A stretch of DNA of 61,705 nucleotides from an uncultured Bacteroidales bacterium. Its GTDB lineage: Bacteria; Bacteroidota; Bacteroidia; Bacteroidales; UBA932. Positions within the stretch are counted from its first letter, which is position 1; every line of letters starts with the position of its first letter. Below, in pieces: positions 1-8,570 of this stretch. A model generated the notes under the pieces. It did no database searches, was not told where the DNA came from, and saw only the letters and a program-made list of their open reading frames with translations. Both the position numbers and the translations under genes were made by a program. The stretch spans positions 1 to 61,705 of the forward strand of contig CAMOTB010000001.1 in the NCBI GenBank assembly GCA_946625485.1. The letters are read 5' to 3'.

Positions 1-303
1 GGACTTCTCTATATACAACCCGTTGGAAAACAGGAGGAATAGGTTTTTCTAGAAACTCGTTAAGGCCAATGAAAAGTATTGCACTACTTTCTATCAGGGA
101 TAGTAATTTGTGAATAACAGTGTCAGTTGTAGGCTCCTGGCAAGCCTCAAACTATCCCTGCGGCTATCCAGGGTTTTTGAGCACAGACGTAAAACATTGA
201 TAATAAGACACTAAAACACAATTACGACATATCTGGAATGAGGAAGAATATTAACAGGGTTATCAGTTAATCTGCGCTGAAAATCAATACGTTATGAATA
301 AAC

Positions 304-326
304 CAGGGATAGTTCCCTGTTTTTTT
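304..326 (+). terminator. Intrinsic terminator-like hairpin upstream of the DASS promoter
   Basis: CAGGGA-tagt-TCCCTG stem-loop followed by 7 T. Confidence 0.5.
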
Positions 327-394
327 GTACCCAAAAATGGGGTATAAATGGGGGGTTTGAGGCACTGGAGTTTTGAATACGTGTCCATTTTTCG

Positions 395-402
395 TACTTT
401 TG
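395..402 (+). promoter_or_regulatory. Bacteroidetes sigma-A -7 box for the DASS gene
   Basis: TACTTTTG matches TAnnTTTG, 19 nt before ATG 422. Confidence 0.6.
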
Positions 403-421
403 CAAAAATAGACTTAACCCT

Positions 422-1927
422 ATGTTCAAGAATTTTGTGGGATTCAATCTGGTTGAAGAGATGCAGAAACTGCGTCACGGCAAACGTTTCAACCCGATGA
501 AATTGAAAAAGAAGACGATCGGCTTGCTCTTTGTCGCCGCAGTTTTTCTCGTACTCTGGTTCCTCCCGACGGAGGCCTTCGGAATGGACGGCCTGACCCT
601 GGTTCAGCAGAGAATCATCGCCATTTTTGTCTACGCGACCCTCATGTGGATAATGGAACTCGTTCCGGCCTGGGCCACCTCGGTCTCCATCATGGTCCTT
701 CTGCTGCTCTGTGCCTCCGACTCCGGCATAAAATGGATCTGCGATCCCGGATCGGCAGGCCAGCTTCTAAGCTACCGTCAGATCATGGCCAGTTTCGCCG
801 ACCCTGTGATCATGCTCTTCATCGGCGGATTCGTCCTGGCGATAGCCACGACCAAAACCGGCCTTGACGTACACCTGGCAAAGGTGCTGCTCACCCCCTT
901 CGGAAAAAAGAGTGAGAATATCCTGTTGGGATTCATGCTGGTGACGGCGCTTTTCTCCATGTTTATCAGCAATACGGCGACGACGGCCATGATGCTCACC
1001 TTCCTCGCCCCTGTATTCAAACAGCTTCCCGATTCCGGGAAGGGCCGGATCGCCATGGCGCTCAGCATCCCCATCGCGGCCAACCTGGGCGGCATGGGAA
1101 CCCCTATCGGCACTCCCCCCAACACCATTGCCTTGAAATACCTGAACAATCCGGAAGGCCTGAATCTGGGCATCGGATTCGGACAATGGATGTTGTTCAT
1201 GGTTCCTTTCGTGATCATCATGATCCTGATTGCCTGGATGTTGCTCAAGAAGATGTTCCCCTTCACCCAGAAGACCATCGAGCTGAAAATCGAAGGTGAG
1301 CTGAAGAAAGGAAAGGAGACCACACTCGTCATCGTCACGATGATCGTCACCATTCTCCTCTGGATGCTGGACACCGTCACCGGAATCAACACCTACACGG
1401 TGGCACTCATCCCCTTTGCGGTCTTTGCCATGGCAGGGATCATCACCAAATATGACTTGGATGAGATCAACTGGTCTGTCATCTGGATGGTTGCCGGCGG
1501 CTTTGCCTTGGGCTATGCCATGAACGGATCCGGACTCGCAGCCTTGATGGTCCGGGCCATTCCCTTCGCCAAATTCCCTCCGATCCTGATCGTCCTCCTC
1601 TCCGGTCTGCTCTGCTATGTGCTTTCCAACCTGATCTCCCACTCCGCAACCGCAGCGTTGCTGATGCCGATCCTGGTGGTGGTCTGCACGGCCATGGGTG
1701 ATAAACTCGCTGCGATCGGCGGTCCCACCACCGTCCTGATCGGAGTCGCCATCGCCTCCAGCAGCGCCATGATCCTTCCCATTTCCACGCCGCCGAATGC
1801 GCTGGCCTATGCGACCAACCTCGTCCAGCAGAAAGACATGGCCAAGACGGGAATTATCATTGGTATCATCAGCATCGTGCTGGGCTATATGGCCCTCCTC
1901 GCTGCGAGAGCCTTGCATATTGTGTAA
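422..1927 (+). CDS. SLC13/DASS family anion (dicarboxylate/sulfate/phosphate) transporter
   Basis: 501 aa with many TM helices; motifs SMFISNTATT, GTPIGTPPN and ILPISTPPNA. Confidence 0.9.
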   Translation: MFKNFVGFNLVEEMQKLRHGKRFNPMKLKKKTIGLLFVAAVFLVLWFLPTEAFGMDGLTLVQQRIIAIFVYATLMWIMELVPAWATSVSIMVLLLLCASDSGIKWICDPGSAGQLLSYRQIMASFADPVIMLFIGGFVLAIATTKTGLDVHLAKVLLTPFGKKSENILLGFMLVTALFSMFISNTATTAMMLTFLAPVFKQLPDSGKGRIAMALSIPIAANLGGMGTPIGTPPNTIALKYLNNPEGLNLGIGFGQWMLFMVPFVIIMILIAWMLLKKMFPFTQKTIELKIEGELKKGKETTLVIVTMIVTILLWMLDTVTGINTYTVALIPFAVFAMAGIITKYDLDEINWSVIWMVAGGFALGYAMNGSGLAALMVRAIPFAKFPPILIVLLSGLLCYVLSNLISHSATAALLMPILVVVCTAMGDKLAAIGGPTTVLIGVAIASSSAMILPISTPPNALAYATNLVQQKDMAKTGIIIGIISIVLGYMALLAARALHIV

Positions 1928-1948
1928 CTCATTAATCCGGCTTTTGTC

Positions 1949-3544
1949 ATGAAAAAGTTTTTCCTACTGACTGCGCTCGCTTTCATTCTGGCCGTCTCAT
2001 GCTCGCAAGAGGAGGTCAACGTGGGTCGCCTCGTTGAGAATTATGCCCTGGTGACGATTCCCGCGCCAGACCTGACCGGCATCACTGACAATGGAAAAGA
2101 AGTCCTGAGGCTATACAGACAAGCCGCCGATGAGGTTGACAAGATTTATTGGCAGCAGGTTTTTGCCGAAGGGAACAGTTTCCCCGGCACGCTGGCGGAT
2201 CCTTCTCAGAAACTGTATGCAGAGATCAACTATGGTCCCTGGGACCGTCTCGACGGGAAAGCTTTCCTGCCGGGCTATGGCAACAGACCTGCCGGAGCCT
2301 GCTTCTATCCGGAAGACATGACGGCGGAGGAATTTGACACCTTTGCCGATCCGGCCAAGATGAGCCCCTACACCCTGATCAGACGGGAAGGCGGAGCCTT
2401 GAAAACCGTATGGTACCATGACGCCTACGCCGCGTCGATCAGCAAGATCGAGGATTATCTCCATCGCGCCGCTGATGTCACCATCAAAGAAAGCGTCCGG
2501 AACTATCTTCTCAAGATGATCGACGGTCTCAAGACAGACGATTATTACGAGAGCTACAAGGCCTGGCTGGAGATGACTGACAGCAAGATGGATCTGGTCA
2601 TCGGACCGATCGAGGCCGTGGACGATGCCCTATATGGAACGAAAGCTTCCTACGGAGCCTATGTCCTCCTGAAAAACCTCAAACGCACCGACGAGCTCAA
2701 CGCCTTGTCCGCCCGCATGCCGGAGTTCCAGCAGATGCTCCCCGGAGATCCGGCCGACCACCAATTCGTCCCCGGCTCCCAGTCCGACATCTTTTCCTGC
2801 AACGTATTGTACTGCAGCGGATATACCAATGCCGGATTCAAAGTCATCGGCATCAATTTCCCCTACGACGCCAAGATCCAGGAGGAACTGGGCACCCGGA
2901 CCATCATCTTCGACAACATCATCCGCGAGAAGTTCAACCGCACCGTTTTCCCGGTCGGCAAAGCCCTCCTGGAGGAGGTCGAACAACCCCACGTGGATGC
3001 CAGCGCATTCTACTGGATCATCGTCTTCCGTGAGATTGCGAAGGGACTGGGTGTGAAAGAGACCGTCAACGGCAAAGGGACGGTTGCCGAAGCGCTGGGC
3101 AATGAGGCCCTGGCTTTGGAGAAAGCGAAATCCAACGTGCTGGGTACCTGGCTCTGTGCTCAAGAGGCCGAAGCCTATCATATTTCAGCGATTTTCCATA
3201 AGGAGGATGTCCTCGCGACCTTTGTCGCCAACACCATCCGCTCCACCCGTTTCGGCGCAGCGGATCCCACCGGCATCGCCAACATCCTCGTCTATAACTA
3301 CCTGCTAGACAACAAGGCCATCATCTGGAATCCGTCCGGACGCTACAGCATCGATTACGAGAAGACCTGGTCAGCCCTCGAGACCCTGGGCGCCGAAATC
3401 CTGCGCATCCAGGCCCACGGCGACATCGAAGCCGCCCGTGCCTGCATCGCCAAATACGGCGCAGCCGGACTGGAAAGCCAGTCGGACAAACGGGTGCTGG
3501 AAAAAGCGGATATTCCGGTAGATATACGGTTTGCTTACGAATAA
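1949..3544 (+). CDS. Peptidase M49 (DPP III)-like lipoprotein, probably catalytically inactive
   Basis: Lipobox LAVSC; INYGPWDRLD and FYPEDMT are typical of this family; the metal motif reads REIAKGLG instead of HExxHGLG. Confidence 0.75.
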   Translation: MKKFFLLTALAFILAVSCSQEEVNVGRLVENYALVTIPAPDLTGITDNGKEVLRLYRQAADEVDKIYWQQVFAEGNSFPGTLADPSQKLYAEINYGPWDRLDGKAFLPGYGNRPAGACFYPEDMTAEEFDTFADPAKMSPYTLIRREGGALKTVWYHDAYAASISKIEDYLHRAADVTIKESVRNYLLKMIDGLKTDDYYESYKAWLEMTDSKMDLVIGPIEAVDDALYGTKASYGAYVLLKNLKRTDELNALSARMPEFQQMLPGDPADHQFVPGSQSDIFSCNVLYCSGYTNAGFKVIGINFPYDAKIQEELGTRTIIFDNIIREKFNRTVFPVGKALLEEVEQPHVDASAFYWIIVFREIAKGLGVKETVNGKGTVAEALGNEALALEKAKSNVLGTWLCAQEAEAYHISAIFHKEDVLATFVANTIRSTRFGAADPTGIANILVYNYLLDNKAIIWNPSGRYSIDYEKTWSALETLGAEILRIQAHGDIEAARACIAKYGAAGLESQSDKRVLEKADIPVDIRFAYE

Positions 3545-3556
3545 AAAGAAAACCAT

Positions 3557-3564
3557 TATATTTG
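3557..3564 (+). promoter_or_regulatory. -7 promoter box of the alarmone/partner-switch operon
   Basis: TATATTTG in the AT-rich 53-nt gap before ATG 3598. Confidence 0.6.
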
Positions 3565-3597
3565 TAATCTATAACACCTGTTTCAGACAGAACTGCC

Positions 3598-4650
3598 ATG
3601 CCGGTGGATCCTAAATTTGAGGCCATACTGAATGAGTATCGGGAACATCTTCCCCAGTTCCGGGAAGAGGCTCTCAACATCCGCAACATGCTCCAGGACA
3701 CCTTTGACCAGGCTGGCCTGACAGTTGCCGGCATCGAGCAAAGGGTCAAGGCCGAAGAGTCCCTGGCCGGGAAACTGGAGCTGAAAGGCGGCAAATACCA
3801 GAGCCTGAAAGACATTACAGACATCATCGGGCTGCGTGTCATCACCTTCTACATCGACGATGTAGACAAGGTCGCTTCCGCCATTGAGCGCCTATTCACC
3901 ATCGACTGGGAGAATTCCGTCGACAAACGCATGGCGCATGAGGTAGACAGTTTCGGCTATCTGTCCCTGCATTACATCTGCTCGAAGCCCGACTTTCCTT
4001 ACCGCTTTGAGATCCAGATGAGAACGGTCCTGCAGCACGCCTGGGCCAACATGAACCATGATACCGGATACAAGAGCGGCGTCGAAGTGCCTACGCACTA
4101 CCTGCGCAACATCAACCGCCTGGCCGGCATGCTCGAGCTGATCGACGAGCAGTTCAGCCTGATCCGTTCGGAACTTACGGACTACCGGCGCCGGGTCAAA
4201 GCGCTGGTGGCTTCCGGCAACCTGGACGATGTTTCCCTGGACGGCGATTCTTTCCGTGATTTCCTCGAACTCGATCCTTTCGGCCAGCTGAACCGGCGGA
4301 TTGCCACCGTGAACCAGGCTGAAATCCAGGAAGTCTCCCTGATGAGTTTCCTGAGAGTTTTCAAGGAACTTCGGTGCAACACCCTGGGAGACGTCCTGAA
4401 ACTCATCAAAAAATACTCGGACGGAGCCTACCAGATCGCCTGTTATCAAATGGGGCTGACCGATTTGGATATCATCTCGTCTTCCATCGGCCCCCAGAAT
4501 CTTTGCATCGCCTGCATCCTGAAAAACGGCGGCGGAAAAGCCGGGCTGATACGGATGTTCGACATCCTGAACGGTCCGAACGAATCCAACGAAGCCATTG
4601 CCGGCTTCCTCCTGGAACAGTCCGCAGGGCTCCCTTTCATGAACCAATAA
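3598..4650 (+). CDS. Small alarmone synthetase (RelA_SpoT domain) with a C-terminal extension
   Basis: RVKAEESLAGK, DIIGLRVI, GYLSLHY and EIQMRT..WANMNHDTGYK synthetase motifs; no HD domain. Confidence 0.88.
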   Translation: MPVDPKFEAILNEYREHLPQFREEALNIRNMLQDTFDQAGLTVAGIEQRVKAEESLAGKLELKGGKYQSLKDITDIIGLRVITFYIDDVDKVASAIERLFTIDWENSVDKRMAHEVDSFGYLSLHYICSKPDFPYRFEIQMRTVLQHAWANMNHDTGYKSGVEVPTHYLRNINRLAGMLELIDEQFSLIRSELTDYRRRVKALVASGNLDDVSLDGDSFRDFLELDPFGQLNRRIATVNQAEIQEVSLMSFLRVFKELRCNTLGDVLKLIKKYSDGAYQIACYQMGLTDLDIISSSIGPQNLCIACILKNGGGKAGLIRMFDILNGPNESNEAIAGFLLEQSAGLPFMNQ

Positions 4651-4652
4651 CC

Positions 4653-5231
4653 ATGTCCAAGCCTTCCTTCAATACCGAACTGCTCGACCGTGCGATCATC
4701 CTCGCCGTTCATGCCCATGCCGGTATGGAACGCCGCGGGAAGGGTTTCCCCTATATCGTCCATCCGATGGAAGCGGTGGCGATCGTTGCAACCATGACCC
4801 CGGACCAGGAACTGCTGGCTGCAGCGGTGCTTCACGACGTGGTTGAAGATACGGATGTGACCCTGGAAGATATCCGCAGCCAATTCGGCGAAAAAGTCGC
4901 CGCCCTGGTTGAGGCGGAGAGTGAAGAAAAACTGGAAGGGGTCAGCGCAGAACACAGTTGGCGCGCCCGGAAACAGGCCGCCATCCGGCGCCTCTCCGAA
5001 GCTTCCCGGGAGGTTAAGATGGTCGCACTGGGAGACAAATTGTCCAACATGCGCGCCATTGCCCGGGATTACTCCGCCAAAGGGGACGAGCTTTGGAAGA
5101 TTTTCCATGTTAATAATCATCAGGAACATGCCTGGCACTACCGTGGGCTGGCAGAAGCCTTGAAGGACCTGTCCGATACGCCTGCCTATCAGGAATTCGT
5201 CCGGCTGGTTGACCAAGTTTTCCCCCGTTAG
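4653..5231 (+). CDS. Small alarmone hydrolase (Mesh1/SpoT-type HD domain)
   Basis: HAGMERRGKGFPYIVHP, LHDVVEDT and DKLSN; start taken as ATG 4653, 2 nt after the synthetase stop. Confidence 0.88.
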   Translation: MSKPSFNTELLDRAIILAVHAHAGMERRGKGFPYIVHPMEAVAIVATMTPDQELLAAAVLHDVVEDTDVTLEDIRSQFGEKVAALVEAESEEKLEGVSAEHSWRARKQAAIRRLSEASREVKMVALGDKLSNMRAIARDYSAKGDELWKIFHVNNHQEHAWHYRGLAEALKDLSDTPAYQEFVRLVDQVFPR

Positions 5232-5233
5232 AT

Positions 5234-6064
5234 ATGGATGCGCACAAGATTTCCCTGACAGACTATATCCTTTCCGGCGGCGGATACAACGGGGAAAGCT
5301 ATCATCACCGCGACGACCCGTCGATCTTGCTCAAGCTTTATTACCCGGGCAAGATCCGCCAGCCGTTGAATGAGGTCAACCTGGCCCGCAAGGTCTTTGC
5401 GGCCGGCATTCCGACCCCCGAACCGGGAGAATACGTCGTCACGGAAGACGGCCGGTACGGGATCCGTTTCAAGCGGATTGAAGACAAAGTCTCCTACGCC
5501 CGTGCATGCGGCGACCACCCAGAAAAGGTGGATCAATATGCCGCCGAGTTCGCCCACATGTGCCGGCAGCTCCACGCAACCCACGTGGACACCTCCCAGT
5601 TCCCCAGCGTCAAGGAAAAATACATTTCCCTGCTGGATGAGAATCCTTTTTTCTCAGACCCTGAGAAAAGCAAGCTCAAACGCTTCATCCTCCAAGCTCC
5701 CGACACGGATACGGCCATACATGGAGATCTCCAGTTCGGGAACGCCATCTTTGCCGGCGGGAAACGCTATTTCATCGATCTGGGAGACTTCTGTTACGGC
5801 CATCCTTATTTCGACCTGGGGATGGTGTATCTCTGCTGCAAGCTCGGGTCCGAGGAGTACACTAAGGAACAATTCCACATGGATGCCGACACGGCGAGCC
5901 GTTTCTATGATGCCTTTATTCCGGCGTATTTCGGACCGGACTGCGATCCGGGAAAAATCTCGGAGACCCTTCTCCCCTATGCCGGACTGAAGACCCTGAT
6001 CATCGAGAGAGACGCCAACTGCCCCAAACCTGAATTCCGCAAAGCCTTACAATCCATCTTATGA
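5234..6064 (+). CDS. APH/choline-kinase-like phosphotransferase (resembles the TIGR02172-type family)
   Basis: GGGYNGESY glycine loop, LLKLY, HGDLQFGN and FIDLGD...GHPYFDLG. Confidence 0.8.
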   Translation: MDAHKISLTDYILSGGGYNGESYHHRDDPSILLKLYYPGKIRQPLNEVNLARKVFAAGIPTPEPGEYVVTEDGRYGIRFKRIEDKVSYARACGDHPEKVDQYAAEFAHMCRQLHATHVDTSQFPSVKEKYISLLDENPFFSDPEKSKLKRFILQAPDTDTAIHGDLQFGNAIFAGGKRYFIDLGDFCYGHPYFDLGMVYLCCKLGSEEYTKEQFHMDADTASRFYDAFIPAYFGPDCDPGKISETLLPYAGLKTLIIERDANCPKPEFRKALQSIL

Positions 6065-8256
6065 AGACGCAACACATCAATGAAAACAAAGGGTTACGCC
6101 GGCTGATGGGCGGAGGTGTGCTTCTGGTCCTCGTCGCGGCCATCACCCTCGAAGCGACCAGCCTGATCCAGAATCACTTCGCAAAGAAGGGGATAACGGA
6201 AGAAGCATCCTTGCGAGCAGAAGCGCAGATGGAGGCCACGCGTCTCGAAATCCTGAACGTCATAGACCAGGCGGAAGCCGCCGTACGGAGCATGGCCTGG
6301 GCAGCGCTCTGGGGACTGGATCATCTCGACACACTGCCCGCGCTCACCCGGCGGATCGTGGCCGACAACCCGGTCATCATCGGCTCAACCGTCGCCCTGG
6401 TTCCCGGTTACAACAAGCGGCGTCCGCTCTATGCCCCCTATGCCTGTCAGGCAGCAGATTCAGACAGCGTCATCATCAAGTCCCTGGCGACAGAAGAATA
6501 CAATTACCCCGGTAAGGAATGGTTCACCAAACCGATCGAAACGGGACAAGGATACTGGTCAGAGCCATACCTGGACGAAGGCGGAGGTGAGGTCATGATG
6601 ACGACCTACTCCATCCCCATCAAGGACCGTCAAGGCACCACGGCAGCCGTCCTGACTGCCGACATCTCCCTGGATTGGCTGACGGACCTGGTCGGGAACG
6701 TCGAGGTCTATCCGTCCGCTTTCAGCATCATGCTGAGCCGCCAGGGGAAATTCATGGTTTGTCCGAGCGAAACCCTGGTCATGCGACAGACGATCCAAGA
6801 GGCACTGGCAACGGTCCAGGACACCGCTTCCGTCAACAGCCTGGCCCGCGACATGCTGGCCGGAGAGTCCGGGTCCCGCGCCATCCCCTACAAGGATATC
6901 ACCGAATACGTCTATTTCGCTCCCATCGAGCGCACCGGCTGGTCCATGTCCATCGTGATCCCCAGCAATGAAATCTTCGATGAAATCCGGAAGATGAACT
7001 GGCTGGTGAAACTCTTCCAACTTCTCGGACTGGTCATGCTGGTCCTGATCATCCGGAGCGTTTTCCGCAACCAGTCGAAATACCGCCAGCTCACCGAGTC
7101 GAAGAACCGCATGGAAAACGAACTCCGGATTGCCAGTGGGATCCAGATGGCCATGCTTCCCAAGATTTTCCCGCCTTTCCCGGAGCGTAAGGATATCGAT
7201 ATGTTCGCGGCCATCATTCCCGCCAAGGAGGTGGGAGGAGACCTGTACGACTTTTTCATCCGGGAAGAAAAGCTGTATTTCTGCATCGGAGACGTCAGCG
7301 GCAAGGGCGTTCCGGCATCCCTCCTGATGGCGGTCACCCGCAGCCTGTTCCGTACCGTTGCGGCCCACGAAAAGAGTCCGCAACGCATCGTCACGACCAT
7401 CAACGAATCCATGTCGGACATGAACGAGAACAACATGTTCGTCACCTTCTTCTGCGGTGTCCTGGACCTCGCCACCGGCCACATGAGATACTGCAATGCC
7501 GGACATAACACTCCCCGGTGGATTTCTGACCGGGTGCAGCCCCTGCCGGTCGTTCCCAATCTCTCCATCGGGGTCCTGCCGGGCATGTCTTATCAAGAAC
7601 AGGAAATAGACCTGAAATACGGCGACACCCTCTTTTTCTATACGGACGGACTGACTGAAGCGGCCAACGCGAACCAGGAACTCTTCGGAGAGGACCGCAT
7701 GGACCGGTGCCTGGATTCCGGCCGCAACGCGCAACAACAGCTGAGCCATATGCAAGACGCCGTCAACGCCTTTGTCAAGGAAGCCGACCAGAGTGATGAC
7801 TTGACCATGCTTTGTATCCGCTACCTGAATCCCGACACTCCGGATTCCCAAGTGCATCACCTGATCCTGCACAACGACATCCGTCAAATCTCCCAGCTGG
7901 CCAATTTCATTCAGACCCTCTCTGAAGAGAAGCATCTGGATCCCTCCCTGGCCATGAGCCTCAATCTGGCACTGGAAGAGGCTGTCAGCAATGTCATCAT
8001 GTATGCCTATCCGAAAGACTCAGACGGGCTGGTGGAGATCGAAGCCATCCTCAAGGACAATCTCCTGGAGTTCTTCATTTCGGACAACGGCCAGCCTTTC
8101 GATCCGACCGAAGCCCCGCAGGCCGATGTCACGCTCAGCGCAGAAGAAAGGCCGATCGGCGGACTTGGCATTTATCTTGTACGGAGCATCATGGACTCGG
8201 TCAGCTATGAACGCGCCGATGGAAAGAATATTTTACACCTGACTAAACAAATCTGA
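6061..8256 (+). CDS. Membrane Cache sensor - SpoIIE/PP2C phosphatase - RsbW-like HATPase kinase fusion
   Basis: Two TM helices around a Cache region (WSEPYLD); GGDLYD, GDVSGKG, NAGH, YTDGLTEA and DDLT; then EEAVSN, DNGQPFDP and GGLGIYLV. Confidence 0.9.
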   Translation: MKTQHINENKGLRRLMGGGVLLVLVAAITLEATSLIQNHFAKKGITEEASLRAEAQMEATRLEILNVIDQAEAAVRSMAWAALWGLDHLDTLPALTRRIVADNPVIIGSTVALVPGYNKRRPLYAPYACQAADSDSVIIKSLATEEYNYPGKEWFTKPIETGQGYWSEPYLDEGGGEVMMTTYSIPIKDRQGTTAAVLTADISLDWLTDLVGNVEVYPSAFSIMLSRQGKFMVCPSETLVMRQTIQEALATVQDTASVNSLARDMLAGESGSRAIPYKDITEYVYFAPIERTGWSMSIVIPSNEIFDEIRKMNWLVKLFQLLGLVMLVLIIRSVFRNQSKYRQLTESKNRMENELRIASGIQMAMLPKIFPPFPERKDIDMFAAIIPAKEVGGDLYDFFIREEKLYFCIGDVSGKGVPASLLMAVTRSLFRTVAAHEKSPQRIVTTINESMSDMNENNMFVTFFCGVLDLATGHMRYCNAGHNTPRWISDRVQPLPVVPNLSIGVLPGMSYQEQEIDLKYGDTLFFYTDGLTEAANANQELFGEDRMDRCLDSGRNAQQQLSHMQDAVNAFVKEADQSDDLTMLCIRYLNPDTPDSQVHHLILHNDIRQISQLANFIQTLSEEKHLDPSLAMSLNLALEEAVSNVIMYAYPKDSDGLVEIEAILKDNLLEFFISDNGQPFDPTEAPQADVTLSAEERPIGGLGIYLVRSIMDSVSYERADGKNILHLTKQI

Positions 8257-8260
8257 AAAT

Positions 8261-8566
8261 ATGGACGTCATTATCACCCGACAAGACAACACGACGACGG
8301 CCCGTTTCATCGGCCGCCTGGACACGCCGGCTTCCCAGGAGATCTCCAAGGAAGTTGACGCCTTGATCGATGCGGCCGACGGGACGCTGATTCTGGATTG
8401 CAAGGAGATGAGCTACATTTCCAGTTCCGGTCTGCGCATCTTCCTGACCTTGCGCAAGGCATCCTCATCCAAAGGAGGGAAGATCATCGTCCGAAACATC
8501 AACAATGATATCCGTCAAGTCTTCATTATGACAGGGTTCCTGAATCTGTTCACGATCGAAGACTGA
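8261..8566 (+). CDS. STAS-domain anti-sigma factor antagonist
   Basis: 101 aa; GRLDT and YISSSGLR phospho-Ser motif; FIMTGF. Confidence 0.9.
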   Translation: MDVIITRQDNTTTARFIGRLDTPASQEISKEVDALIDAADGTLILDCKEMSYISSSGLRIFLTLRKASSSKGGKIIVRNINNDIRQVFIMTGFLNLFTIED

Positions 8567-8570
8567 CCCG

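Noticed and set aside
284-478. 64-aa minus-strand ORF
   Set aside because: It overlaps the DASS start and promoter, has no motif and is probably spurious.
4374-4652. N-terminal extension of the HD protein in the ORF track
   Set aside because: It overlaps the synthetase in another frame; ATG 4653 gives a normal-sized hydrolase.
5234-6064. Aminoglycoside resistance gene
   Set aside because: Only the general APH fold motifs are present, the context is a signalling operon and no mobile element is nearby.
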